Below, in pieces: positions 49,317 through 59,045 of a stretch of DNA of 64,000 nucleotides (the stretch's first letter is position 1; each line of letters starts with the position of its first letter). Origin of the DNA: an uncultured Chloroflexia bacterium (GTDB lineage Bacteria > Chloroflexota > Limnocylindria > Limnocylindrales > CSP1-4); assembly GCA_963748625.1 (NCBI GenBank), contig CAVVJT010000004.1, positions 32,001 through 96,000 on the forward strand, written 5' to 3'. Under the pieces are notes generated by a model. That model was not told the DNA's origin. It did no database searches and was given only the letters and a program-made list of their open reading frames with translations. The translations under genes and the position numbers were made by a program.

Positions 49317-49832
49317 TCAGGGCAGGCCGCCACTCCAGCTGGTGCCGCCGCTGATCACCGCTCCGTCAGCGAAGGTCAACTCCACATCGGCCTCCCCTGC
49401 CGTCTCCGTGCATGGGACCGCCGTGCATGTCACCTTGACCCCGACGATCCGCTTGGACGGTGGGGCCTGGTCGACCTGCTGATCGGCCAGGGCCTGGCAC
49501 TCCGCGAGCCCGAGCTTCACGCAGGCAGGGCGCGGCACGGGCGCCGGATCCCCGGCGTAGGTGAACGCGTCGATCACCTTGGCTCCATCGCGCAGCGTCA
49601 CGACCGCCGTGCCCGATCCACCCTTGCGGTCGCATACGGGGACCCCGCACGACACTTCCACGTTCGTGGCGCCGGGATGCCGGGCACCGGCAAGGTCGAT
49701 CTGCTCGCTGCAGACGCCACCGGGCACATCGGCACACGAACCGCCCAGGCCGGAGCTCGTGCTGACGAGGGCACAACCCGCGAGGGCGACGGATGCCACG
49801 AACAGCGCGACCCGGAGCCCCCACCCGGTCAT
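49317..49832 (-). CDS. Cys-rich putative lipoprotein with internal duplication
   Basis: LAGC lipobox; two C-x7-C...C-x4-C repeats. Confidence 0.7.
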   Translation of the reverse strand: MTGWGLRVALFVASVALAGCALVSTSSGLGGSCADVPGGVCSEQIDLAGARHPGATNVEVSCGVPVCDRKGGSGTAVVTLRDGAKVIDAFTYAGDPAPVPRPACVKLGLAECQALADQQVDQAPPSKRIVGVKVTCTAVPCTETAGEADVELTFADGAVISGGTSWSGGLP

Positions 49833-49836
49833 CCGC

Positions 49837-51060
49837 TCAGGCCTCCAGGACCAGGACGTCCTTGGGGAAGCGCGTGAGCTGCCGCAGCGAGCGGGCAGCG
49901 GCGTCGAGATGGACGAGATCCTCGATCCGGACGCCCGTCTCGCCCTCGAGGTAGATGCCGGGCTCCACGCTGAACACCGTCGAACCGGGGAGCGGTGTCT
50001 GCGGCGCCCGGCGCGACAGGCTCGGCTCCTCGTGGGTCGCGAGGCCGATGCCATGCCCGAGGCCGTGCCCGTACGGTGCCCAGCGGCCGTCAGCCTCGAT
50101 CACGGCACGGGCGACGGCATCCACCGTCCGGCCGTCGGGGAGCGCGACGCCGCCCTCGGCGGCCGTCCGGATCAGCTCGATCGCCGCCGCCTGGGCCGCG
50201 GCGACCGTCTCATACACCGCGAGGTCCCGGGCTGACGGCTCGCCGATGAACAACGTCCGGGTCATGTCGCTGCGGTAGCCCTCGACCTGCGCCCCGAAGT
50301 CGAACAGCAGCACCGCACCCGCCAGGACCGGCCGGTCGCCGGGCGCACCGTGCGGCAGCGCCGCCTCGGGCCCGGCGAGACATGCGACATCGAACGCGAG
50401 GGCCTCGGCGCCCCCGGTCCGGATCAGCCACTCCAGGCGCAGCGCGAGGTCATGCTCCGTGACCCCTGGTCGGATCTCCGGCAGGAGCGCCGCGAGTGCC
50501 CGGTCCGCGACGGCGCAGGCCGCCTCGATCCGCTCGATCTCGTCGGGTGTCTTGACCGCGCGCATCGCCTCGATCCAGCCGTCCACCGGGACGAGCTCCA
50601 CGTCCGGCGCTGCGGCGGCGAGGCCCTGCCAGAGCAGGTGCGGGACCGCGGACGCCTCGACGGCAACACGCCGCGCACCCGCCCGGGCCACGAGGTCGGG
50701 CCAGGCCGCCTCCAGGTCATAGCCGATCTCGTCGATGCGGGCGTCGGGCGCCTCGCGACGTGCCTGGATCGTGTACCGCGAATCCGTGATCACGGTGACG
50801 TCGTCCGGGCCCACGACGAACTTGCCGGAGTGGCCCGCGACCTTGTCCTCGCCGGCACCGAGGGTGAACCCGGTCAGCCAGCGCATGTGCTCGGGCTTGA
50901 CGCCGAGGTAGGCGTCGACGCCCTCGGCGACCATCCGCTCGCGCAGGCGCCTGAGCCGGTCCGGCCGATGGGCCTGCTCGGCCTCGCGCCAGCCAGCACG
51001 GGTCGCCGCGTCGGGCGACACCGGGAAGTCGGCTGGAGTCGGAAGGACGGACCGCGTCAC
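49837..51060 (-). CDS. Xaa-Pro aminopeptidase (M24B)
   Basis: DFGA, YRSDMTRT, HGLGHGIGL..HE, EPGIY, GVRIED motifs. Confidence 0.92.
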   Translation of the reverse strand: MTRSVLPTPADFPVSPDAATRAGWREAEQAHRPDRLRRLRERMVAEGVDAYLGVKPEHMRWLTGFTLGAGEDKVAGHSGKFVVGPDDVTVITDSRYTIQARREAPDARIDEIGYDLEAAWPDLVARAGARRVAVEASAVPHLLWQGLAAAAPDVELVPVDGWIEAMRAVKTPDEIERIEAACAVADRALAALLPEIRPGVTEHDLALRLEWLIRTGGAEALAFDVACLAGPEAALPHGAPGDRPVLAGAVLLFDFGAQVEGYRSDMTRTLFIGEPSARDLAVYETVAAAQAAAIELIRTAAEGGVALPDGRTVDAVARAVIEADGRWAPYGHGLGHGIGLATHEEPSLSRRAPQTPLPGSTVFSVEPGIYLEGETGVRIEDLVHLDAAARSLRQLTRFPKDVLVLEA

Positions 51061-52448
51061 CGCGAGTTCTTGCCGTACTTCGCGACGTTCTTCTGGTGCT
51101 GGGCGAGGGTCTTGGCAAACGCGCTGGAGTCCGTGCCGTCACCCTTCGCGATGAAGAACAGGTAGCCGGCCTTCGTGTTCGGCGCGAGAGCCGCGTCGAT
51201 CGACGCGACGGATGGCGAGCAGATCGGGGACGGCGGCAGACCCTTGCTGGTGTACGTGTTGTAGCCGGCGATCCGCTTGGGCAGTGGCACGGGGAGCTGG
51301 TACCCCTCCGGCAACGAGTCCCAGAAGACGTACTTCGTCCACTCCTTGATCTTCATCTCGTCGAGCTTGAGCGTGTCGTGCGTGTAGAAGATCGTCGGGT
51401 CGGACTCGAGCAGGCCCGTCGCCCACATCTTGGGGTTGAGCCGGTTCTGGTAGACCCCGGCGATGAGGGCGCGCTCCTCGTCGAGAACGGCCTCGCGCTC
51501 GACGATCGAGGCGAGGATGAGGATCTCGTAGAAGGTGAGGCCGCGCTTCTCGGGCACAGCCATGCGCTCCGGGCCGACCTGGTCATAGAACGCATTGAGC
51601 ATCATGCGGATCAGGTCATCGGCGGTCGTGGGGCTGGCGCTGTCGATCCGCAAGGTGTACGTCGCCGGGTACAGGAACCCCTCGAGTGACGCCCCCTTGG
51701 GCCGGACGTCCTCGACGAGAATCCACGGGAAATCGCCCAGAATGGAATCCGGCGGATCCATGGCCAGCTTGTAGAACTCGGCGGGATCGACAGCGGAGTC
51801 GATCGTTGCGAGCTTGGCCGTCATCTGCTCGATCCTAAGTCCCTCGCGGAACGTGACGTCGAGCGTCTGGATGACGATCTTGTTCTCGACCAGGCCTGTG
51901 ACGACCTCGGCCGGCGTGAGGTTGGCGGCCAGGCGGTACCTCCCGGCGTCAAGCCGGCCCGCGAGGCCGGCCATCAGGGCCTCGAAGAGGAAGGCCCGCT
52001 CGCTCGTGATGATCCCCTGCTCGACGAGACGGGGCGCGAGGGCGGCCGGCGTGTCACCGGGCTCGACCGTGAACTCGATGGTGGCGGGGCTGATGCCCGC
52101 GGGCCGCGTCAGCTCGCCATCGAGCGCCTCCCGGTAGAGGTCTGCGACGAAGCCGATCCGCAGCGCCCCAGGGTTGCCCTCCGCCCACGGGACGACGAGT
52201 GCGCGCGTCAGTGGCCGTGCGACGGTCGTCAGGACCACGAGCACGGCGACCGCGAGGATCGCGAGGAACAGGATGAAGCGCAGGATGCCGCCCCGCCCGC
52301 GCTGGTCGCCGTAGCGCTCGTAGCGACGCTGGTCGCCCGGTCCACGTCCGTAGCGACCGGTGCGCTTGTAGCCATTGGGCCGCCGCTGGTCCGCGTCATC
52401 CGGGACGGCCATCGGCTCGCGCGCGCTCCGTCCGTTCCTGATGCTCAT
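51057..52448 (-). CDS. mltG: Endolytic transglycosylase MltG
   Basis: N-terminal TM, LEGFLYPATY, LASIVERE, GVYQNRL, LESDPT, YNTY..GLPPSPI. Confidence 0.93.
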   Translation of the reverse strand: MSIRNGRSAREPMAVPDDADQRRPNGYKRTGRYGRGPGDQRRYERYGDQRGRGGILRFILFLAILAVAVLVVLTTVARPLTRALVVPWAEGNPGALRIGFVADLYREALDGELTRPAGISPATIEFTVEPGDTPAALAPRLVEQGIITSERAFLFEALMAGLAGRLDAGRYRLAANLTPAEVVTGLVENKIVIQTLDVTFREGLRIEQMTAKLATIDSAVDPAEFYKLAMDPPDSILGDFPWILVEDVRPKGASLEGFLYPATYTLRIDSASPTTADDLIRMMLNAFYDQVGPERMAVPEKRGLTFYEILILASIVEREAVLDEERALIAGVYQNRLNPKMWATGLLESDPTIFYTHDTLKLDEMKIKEWTKYVFWDSLPEGYQLPVPLPKRIAGYNTYTSKGLPPSPICSPSVASIDAALAPNTKAGYLFFIAKGDGTDSSAFAKTLAQHQKNVAKYGKNSR

Positions 52449-52924
52449 CGGGACTCCTGCGTGTTGGCGGACAGTCCGCCACGGCGGGCATCCAGCTCGT
52501 CCTGGAGGATGACGCTCGCGGCCTCGCGATCGATTCGCGCCCGGAACGCGTTTCGCTGGGTCCGTGATGGGGCACCGCCCGATCGCCCGCGCGGCATGCG
52601 GCCCAGCCGCTGCTCGGCCTCGAAGGAGCTGAGACGCTCATCGCGCAGCGTCACGGGAAGCGCCAGGCGCTCGCCGATGGCACTCGCCCACTGGCGTGCG
52701 GCTGCTGCCATCTCGCCCTCATTGCCCCTGGCCTCGATGGGCAGGCCCACCACGAGCTCGGCGATGCCCTGCTCACCGCAGATGCGGCCCAGGACCGCCG
52801 CGTCGGCCTCGAGCGTGTCGCCGCGGTTCACCGTCTGCAACGGCCGAGCGATCCCGACGCCCGCGTCGGCCACCGCGATCCCGATCCGGCGCGAGCCCAG
52901 GTCCACGCCCAGGATCCGGCTCAT
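52445..52924 (-). CDS. ruvX: Holliday junction resolvase-like RuvX (YqgF)
   Basis: LGVDLGSRRIGIAV, VGLP, DERLSS, ID..AA..ILQ motifs. Confidence 0.93.
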   Translation of the reverse strand: MSRILGVDLGSRRIGIAVADAGVGIARPLQTVNRGDTLEADAAVLGRICGEQGIAELVVGLPIEARGNEGEMAAAARQWASAIGERLALPVTLRDERLSSFEAEQRLGRMPRGRSGGAPSRTQRNAFRARIDREAASVILQDELDARRGGLSANTQESR

Positions 52925-53017
52925 GCGCGCGTCACAGCACACCGCCGACGGGCATCGACGGGTGGCTCGCGACCGGACGCGGCATGGCGCGACCGGGGAC
53001 TGCATTCGACTGGGGCA

Positions 53018-54829
53018 TCAGCCCGATGGTAGCGGCTCCTCGGCAGGCCCGCCGTTGGCGGGGTCCGACGCGTCAACCGGGTCGTTCACGATGACCGTCA
53101 CCCGCTGCTCGAGCGTGGGCACGGTCGTGACGAACCCGGGCCAGAGCTCCACGGAAGCCTCGCCATACCCGGCGAGCGCTGCCTCGGCCTCCTCCTGGGT
53201 CATGCCGAGCACCATGGCCTCGATGGCCGCGGCGTCCACGGGCACCACCTGCTTGGCCGAGACCGTCGCCTGGAACGTCACGGTGCCGTCCTCGTCGACG
53301 GTCCCATCGCCCACCGTGATCTCGGTCGAGCCCTCCACCAGGGTGGCGCCGTCGGCCACGAGCGCGTCGAGCTGCTGCGCAGCAAGCGCCTCGATGGGCG
53401 TCGTGTCTACCGCCAGCACCGTGCCGGTGGCGGTCATCACCAGCGTGAACGACTCCACCTCCTGGCCGACGAGCAATGCCGGATCCTCCGTCGGGGTCGC
53501 CTCGCCGAGCACGGCGGTGTCCGGGTAGGCCGTGTAGCCCGGCGGCACGCGATCCGCGTTCTCGACCTCGGTCTCGAACGTGGCCTCCAGGTCCTGCGCC
53601 AGGGTCGCGAGCGCGCCTTCGACGTCCTTCTTGGAGATGCGCGTGTAGCTGGTCTCGCTGCCGCCCGTGGTCTCGACCTGGTTGGTGACCCGCAGCACGG
53701 TGCGGTTGTACCGCGCCGGCACGATCCGGATCGTCCCGGCGGCAACGTTCCCTGTCTCACCGGGCTTCACCGCGGTCACGGCCACCTGGCTGGACTGGCA
53801 CTTGAGCTCGGGAGTGGTGCCGCCCCCGGAGATGATCGCGACGGGCAGGAACACGGACTCGTCGAGCGAGAAGGCGACACCGTCGGCGGTGCGGACCTGG
53901 GTCGCCCTGGGGATCGTGTAGGCCGCCGTGGGATCGCAGTTCGTCCAGCGCACGGCCCCGGTTGCGGGGGTCTTCTCGACGCGCTTGCCGGTGGCCGGGA
54001 AGTCCCCGGACGCCTCCACTGGGATCTCGATGACCTCGGCCGGGATCGTGAGCGCCTCAGCGTCGACGCTGGGTGCGTCGGGATCAGCGGTCACCGTGAG
54101 CGAGACCGGGCCCACAGGCTCGATCTGCGGCGTGACGGTGATGGTCGCGGACGGCAGGAACAGGTAGGCGGCGACGCCGGCGATCCCCAGCGCAACGACG
54201 AGGACCAGGATGCCGGCGATGAGGCCCGCCGGCACCCGGCGGCGCTTGCGCACGACAGGTGGGGCCGCGGGGCGGGGTGCAACGGGGGCTTCACGACTGC
54301 GCTGGACGACGGCATCAAGCCGTGCGGCCTCGTCGGGGGTCTGTGGCCGGGCCGCCGAGCCTGCTGCGACGCCGGTGGCGAAGCCCGCGACAGCGCCCGC
54401 CGGCTGCGCGCCGGCGACACCCTGGCCTCGCGGCACCGTGAGATCGTCCGAGTGGCCTGCACCTGCGCCTGATGCGGCTCCCGCGACCGCCGCCGACCCG
54501 GCGATTGCCGCCGCTCCGCCGATCGCCGTTGCTCCGTCCTCGCCGCCCGCCGGCATGGCGAGCGCTGCCTCGTACTCCCCCACCGAGCCGAACACCGGGA
54601 TCCCCGCTGACGCCGCGAGCGCTCGTGCGGACGCGTCGGGAGCGACGATGTCGAGGCGCCGGCCCTCACGCATCGCCTCTCGGGCGAGCAGCCGGAAGTT
54701 GATGCGCGATGTGGCCACGCGGGAACCGAACGGGACCACCAGCGCCACCCGCGTGTCCGGGGCATGGCGGATGCGCATCGCGGCCGAGGTGATCTCGTCC
54801 TCCGGGTCGAGGTAGACGATCGTGGGCAC
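53018..54829 (-). CDS. Single-pass membrane protein with baseplate J/gp47-like extracellular domain
   Basis: Cytoplasmic alpha/beta N-domain, Ala/Gly linker, KRRR plus TM, then ATGAV..IP..T.V..G..F..V.A..PG..GNV.AG.I..V.N..TGG barrel motif. Confidence 0.7.
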   Translation of the reverse strand: MPTIVYLDPEDEITSAAMRIRHAPDTRVALVVPFGSRVATSRINFRLLAREAMREGRRLDIVAPDASARALAASAGIPVFGSVGEYEAALAMPAGGEDGATAIGGAAAIAGSAAVAGAASGAGAGHSDDLTVPRGQGVAGAQPAGAVAGFATGVAAGSAARPQTPDEAARLDAVVQRSREAPVAPRPAAPPVVRKRRRVPAGLIAGILVLVVALGIAGVAAYLFLPSATITVTPQIEPVGPVSLTVTADPDAPSVDAEALTIPAEVIEIPVEASGDFPATGKRVEKTPATGAVRWTNCDPTAAYTIPRATQVRTADGVAFSLDESVFLPVAIISGGGTTPELKCQSSQVAVTAVKPGETGNVAAGTIRIVPARYNRTVLRVTNQVETTGGSETSYTRISKKDVEGALATLAQDLEATFETEVENADRVPPGYTAYPDTAVLGEATPTEDPALLVGQEVESFTLVMTATGTVLAVDTTPIEALAAQQLDALVADGATLVEGSTEITVGDGTVDEDGTVTFQATVSAKQVVPVDAAAIEAMVLGMTQEEAEAALAGYGEASVELWPGFVTTVPTLEQRVTVIVNDPVDASDPANGGPAEEPLPSG

Positions 54830-54832
54830 GGA

Positions 54833-56095
54833 CTAGACCTTCATCGCGCGCAGCACGCGGCGCAGCGCGGTGTCGAGGGGATCCTCGGTCGTCTGGAGCT
54901 CGATCGCCTGCCAGGCGAGGCCCAACGGCGTGACGTCCTGCTGGTCCACGAGCAGGTGGGTCGCGTCGGATATGGCATCGACCTGGTCCGGGGCCATGAT
55001 CGTCACCTCGGGTGGGCGGGCGAAGGGAAGGCTCTTCCAGAACCGCTCTCCGGCGAGCGCCTCCTTGACCTCGGGGAGCCTGGAGCCACCACCGCAGAGG
55101 TAGATGCGGGACGGGAGCATCTCGCCCGCCGCCAGCTCCTCCATGACAAGCTCGACCCCGGCAGCCCACACCGCGGTGTCGTCGCCGACGATCTCCTGGA
55201 CGTCCTCGCGCTCACGCATCTGCAGGCCCCGCGCGTAGTCGACCTTGAGGGCTTCCGCCCGCGGGAACGGCAGGTCCATGCGGTCGGCGATGGACTTGGT
55301 GAATGCCCGGCCGCCAAGGGCGAACATGCGGGTGCCCTCGATGCCACCCTGGCGCACGAGCGCGACGTCCGTGGTCCCACCCCCGACGTCAATGAACAGG
55401 GCGCCCGACTGGCGCACGTGGTCGGCTCCCAGCACCCGGGCCACGGCATATGGCTCGGCCACGATCTCGAGCAGGTCGAGGTCGAGCTGGCTCGCGACCG
55501 ACTGCAGCGCACCAAGATGGACGAGCGGGGCGAAGGCGTTGAAGATGCCGATCCTGACGTGGCGGCCCTGGAACCCGACCGGATTCGTGAGGCCGTAGCC
55601 GTCGATGGACGCGCCCACCACGGCGCTGTGGACCAGCCGGACATCAACGTGTGGCAGGCCCGTCTCCCAGGTGATCGAGCGCTCGGCCTCGATCAGTGCC
55701 TCGCGCTGGACCGAGTCGATGAGCTTGACCAGCTCGCCATCGGTGATGGGCACCTCGGGCTTCTTGCGCTCCTGGGTGAGCGTCGTGGTGAAGCCCTTGA
55801 CGAGCTCGCCGGCGATGCCGATGACCACCTGGGTGGGCCGGAAGCCGGCCATCTCCTCGGCCTCCTGGAGCGCCACGGCGCAGTTGTCCACCACCGCCGC
55901 GATGTCCGCGACGGTGCCCGACTGCATGTGGGACAGGCCCTGCCGCTGGCGGCCGACGCCGCGCACCGTGCCATGCCCCGTCTCGTCGATCTCGAAGACG
56001 AGGGCCTTCGCGAACTCGGTCCCGATGTCCAGCGCCGTGCACGCGGCGGGGACGGGGCCCTCGTCGCGGTTCAGGATGCGGCGCAGGAACGACAT
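54833..56095 (-). CDS. FtsA-like actin-superfamily ATPase (not in dcw cluster)
   Basis: LDIGTE (phosphate 1), AEPYA, IDVGGGTTD (phosphate 2), LCGGGS (adenosine). Confidence 0.85.
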   Translation of the reverse strand: MSFLRRILNRDEGPVPAACTALDIGTEFAKALVFEIDETGHGTVRGVGRQRQGLSHMQSGTVADIAAVVDNCAVALQEAEEMAGFRPTQVVIGIAGELVKGFTTTLTQERKKPEVPITDGELVKLIDSVQREALIEAERSITWETGLPHVDVRLVHSAVVGASIDGYGLTNPVGFQGRHVRIGIFNAFAPLVHLGALQSVASQLDLDLLEIVAEPYAVARVLGADHVRQSGALFIDVGGGTTDVALVRQGGIEGTRMFALGGRAFTKSIADRMDLPFPRAEALKVDYARGLQMREREDVQEIVGDDTAVWAAGVELVMEELAAGEMLPSRIYLCGGGSRLPEVKEALAGERFWKSLPFARPPEVTIMAPDQVDAISDATHLLVDQQDVTPLGLAWQAIELQTTEDPLDTALRRVLRAMKV

Positions 56096-56130
56096 CTAGG
56101 CTCGGGCTTCGCAGGGGGCGGAGATCGGGG

Positions 56131-58920
56131 TCACGCCCGCGCGACCAGGTCCGCCACCGCGGCACGCACGGCCGTGATCGCATCCCCGAGCCCCTCGCGG
56201 CGGGTGCCCTTCCCCTGGGCCATCTGCGGGCGTCCGCCGCCACGGCCATCGATGCCGGCCACGGCACCCTGGACGAGCGGACCCGCCGCGATGCCACGCG
56301 CCACGAGGTCGTCGCTCACGGTGACGAAGATCTGCGGCTCGTCGGCATCGAGGCCGACCGCGATCACGCCTGACGGCAGCGACCCGCGCATGTCCTTGGC
56401 GAAGCCCTTGAGCTCGTCGATGCCCTCGAGGTCGAGGATGGCGCCGGCGAACAGCACACCCGGTGCGAGCTCCTCGGCCTTGGCCGCGACCTCGCCCGGC
56501 TTGGGTCGGCCGCCGGCCGCGGCGCCCGCCTTGAGCCTGCGCTTCGTCTCGCGGAGCTCGTCCTGGAGGGACTGGATCCGGTCCTCCAGGGCCTCGGGGC
56601 CTCGTGCGGCGACGGCGACTGTCGCCCGATCAAGTAGGGCGAAGCGCTCCTCCATGAGACGGTCCGCACCGGCGCCAGTCACGGCCTCGACCCGGCGCAT
56701 GCCCGAGCCGATGCTCTTCTCGCTGGTGATCACGAAGTTGCCGATCTGCCCGCTGGCGCGGCAGTGGGTGCCGCCGCACAGCTCATGGCTGAAGCCTTCG
56801 ACGCGGATGGTCCGCACCCGCTCACCGTACTTCTCGTCGAAGAAGGCGTCGGCGCCGGCGGCCTGGGCCTCGGCCATGGTCATCCACTCGATGCTGACCG
56901 GCCGGTCCTCGCGGACCGCCTCGCGGACCTGCCGCTCGATCGCGAGCTTCTCGTCGTCGGTGAGCCCGCGGTCGAACGGGAAGTCGAAGCGCAGGTAGTC
57001 CGGGTGGACCAGCGAGCCCGCCTGGCGCGCCCGCTCCCCCACCACGTTGCGTAGGGCCCGATGCAGCAGGTGCGTGCCTGTGTGGTTGCGCATGATGTGG
57101 GCCCGGCGCTCGGCGTCCACGACGCCGGCCACGGTCTCGCCGACCTGCACGCGGCCGCGCAGGACGCCGCGATGGACGGTGAGGCCTGCGGTCTGGGTGC
57201 CGGCGACGCGCTGGACATCCTCCACCTCGAGCAGGACGGTGCCGTCGTCCGAGGTGATGACGCCAGTGTCGGCGACCTGGCCGCCCGACTCCGCGTAGAA
57301 GGGTGTCTCGGCGAGAACGATCTCCACGCGTCCGCCAGACCCGGCCGCCGAGACCGCCTCGAGCGAGTCGTACTCGGTGCCGTCGCGCAGGATCGCGACA
57401 ACCTGGCCATGGGCGGTGGTGGTCTCGTAGCCGAGGAACCGGGTGGCCGCCGTGCGGGCAAGGATCTCCTGGTAGCGCGAGGCGGCGAGGTTGACGTCGG
57501 TCAGGCCGGCCTTCGTGTTTGCCCGGCTGCGCTCCCGCTGCTCCGCGAGCGCGTCCTGGAAGCCCGCGAGATCGGTCCGGACGCCGTACTCGGCCGCCAG
57601 CTCGACGGTGAGGTCGATCGGGAAGCCGTAGGTGTCGTGCAGGCGGAACGCGATGTCGCCTTTGAGGATCGGCGCGTCGGCCGGCAGGTGCTCCGCGGAC
57701 TGGCCCACCACGCGGGGCTCACTGGTGAGCGCCTCCAGGGCGTCCTCCAGGAGGCCGACGCCGGCCTCGAGGGTCCGGTTGAACTGCCTGTCCTCGCGCT
57801 CGATCACGGCGAGGATCTCGTCGCGGCGCTCGAGCAGGTTGGGGTAGGCGACGCCCATGGTGTCGATCACGACCTTGGCCATCTCGCCCAGGAACGGCTC
57901 GTGCCAGCCGAGCAGCCGCCCGTGGCGGATGGCCCGGCGCATGATCCGGCGCATGACGTAGCCGCGACCCTCGTTGGACGGCAGGACGCCGTCGGCGGCG
58001 AGGAACGTGACCGCGCGGCTGTGGTCCGCGATGACCTGGTAGCTGAAGCGCTGCGCTTCGAACGTGTCAGGATCGCTGCCGAGCAGCTCGCGCATGCGGG
58101 CGTGGAGCGGCGCGAACAGATCGGTGTCGTAGTTGGTCGTCACGCCCTGGACGACGCTGGCGATCCGCTCGAGGCCCATGCCGGTGTCCACGCCGGGGGC
58201 CGGCAGCGGGGTCAGGCTCCGGTCGGGATGGAGCTCGAACTCCATGAAGACCAGGTTCCAGACCTCCAGCCACCGCGGGCAGTGCTCGCTGTGGTCAGGA
58301 ACGCATTCCGGGCCCTCGGAGAGGTGGACGCCGCGGTCGTAGTGGAGCTCCGAGCAGGGGCCGCACGGACCCACGTCGCCCATGCGCCACCAGTTCGCCT
58401 CGTCACCGGCCGGGAAGTCACCCCAGCGCACGAGCCGCTCCGGGGGCAGCCCGATCTCGTTCTTCCAGACGTCGTGCGCGAAGTCGTCGGTCGAGTAGAC
58501 GGTTGCCGCGAGACGGTCGGCCGGGATCTGGAGGTCCTGCGTCAGGAACTCCCAGGCCCAGTGGATGGCCTCGCGCTTGAAGTAGTCGCCGAAGCTCCAG
58601 TTGCCGAGCATCTCGAAGAGCGTGTGGTGACGCGGTGTGCGCCCGACCTCCTCGAAGTCGTTGTGCTTGCCGGCGACGCGCAGGCAGCGCTGGTAGTCCA
58701 CCGCGCGGACGTAGTCCCGCTTCTCCACGCCGGTCAGGGCGTCCTTGAACTGGACCATGCCGGAGTTCGTGAAGAGCAGGGTCTGGTCACCCGCCGGCAC
58801 GAGGCTGGCGCTGGGCACGACAGTGTGGCCGCGCGCCGCGAAGAAGTCGACGAAGCGCTGGCGGACCTCCGCGGCGGGGAGGAAGGGAATGGTCGGGTCG
58901 GACGGACTCTGGGTGGACAT
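56131..58920 (-). CDS. alaS: Alanine--tRNA ligase
   Basis: LLFTNSGMVQFK, FEMLGNWSFGDYFK, GPCGPCSE, DTGMGLER, HTGTHLLH, ELCGGTH, GGGRPQMAQG. Confidence 0.97.
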   Translation of the reverse strand: MSTQSPSDPTIPFLPAAEVRQRFVDFFAARGHTVVPSASLVPAGDQTLLFTNSGMVQFKDALTGVEKRDYVRAVDYQRCLRVAGKHNDFEEVGRTPRHHTLFEMLGNWSFGDYFKREAIHWAWEFLTQDLQIPADRLAATVYSTDDFAHDVWKNEIGLPPERLVRWGDFPAGDEANWWRMGDVGPCGPCSELHYDRGVHLSEGPECVPDHSEHCPRWLEVWNLVFMEFELHPDRSLTPLPAPGVDTGMGLERIASVVQGVTTNYDTDLFAPLHARMRELLGSDPDTFEAQRFSYQVIADHSRAVTFLAADGVLPSNEGRGYVMRRIMRRAIRHGRLLGWHEPFLGEMAKVVIDTMGVAYPNLLERRDEILAVIEREDRQFNRTLEAGVGLLEDALEALTSEPRVVGQSAEHLPADAPILKGDIAFRLHDTYGFPIDLTVELAAEYGVRTDLAGFQDALAEQRERSRANTKAGLTDVNLAASRYQEILARTAATRFLGYETTTAHGQVVAILRDGTEYDSLEAVSAAGSGGRVEIVLAETPFYAESGGQVADTGVITSDDGTVLLEVEDVQRVAGTQTAGLTVHRGVLRGRVQVGETVAGVVDAERRAHIMRNHTGTHLLHRALRNVVGERARQAGSLVHPDYLRFDFPFDRGLTDDEKLAIERQVREAVREDRPVSIEWMTMAEAQAAGADAFFDEKYGERVRTIRVEGFSHELCGGTHCRASGQIGNFVITSEKSIGSGMRRVEAVTGAGADRLMEERFALLDRATVAVAARGPEALEDRIQSLQDELRETKRRLKAGAAAGGRPKPGEVAAKAEELAPGVLFAGAILDLEGIDELKGFAKDMRGSLPSGVIAVGLDADEPQIFVTVSDDLVARGIAAGPLVQGAVAGIDGRGGGRPQMAQGKGTRREGLGDAITAVRAAVADLVARA

Positions 58921-59045
58921 CGGGCCAATGGTAGCGAACGGGGTCCCACTCGACCGGACTGGGTCCGGCGGGTGCCGCCAGCCCCGGCGGTCCCGGCGGC
59001 CTCGGCGGCCTCGGCCCACGACCGTCGCACCCTGGAGGCGGGTCT

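Noticed and set aside
53018-54829. Prophage or tailocin remnant
   Set aside because: Protein has a TM anchor and sits among housekeeping genes; no sheath, tube, capsid or terminase genes in the window
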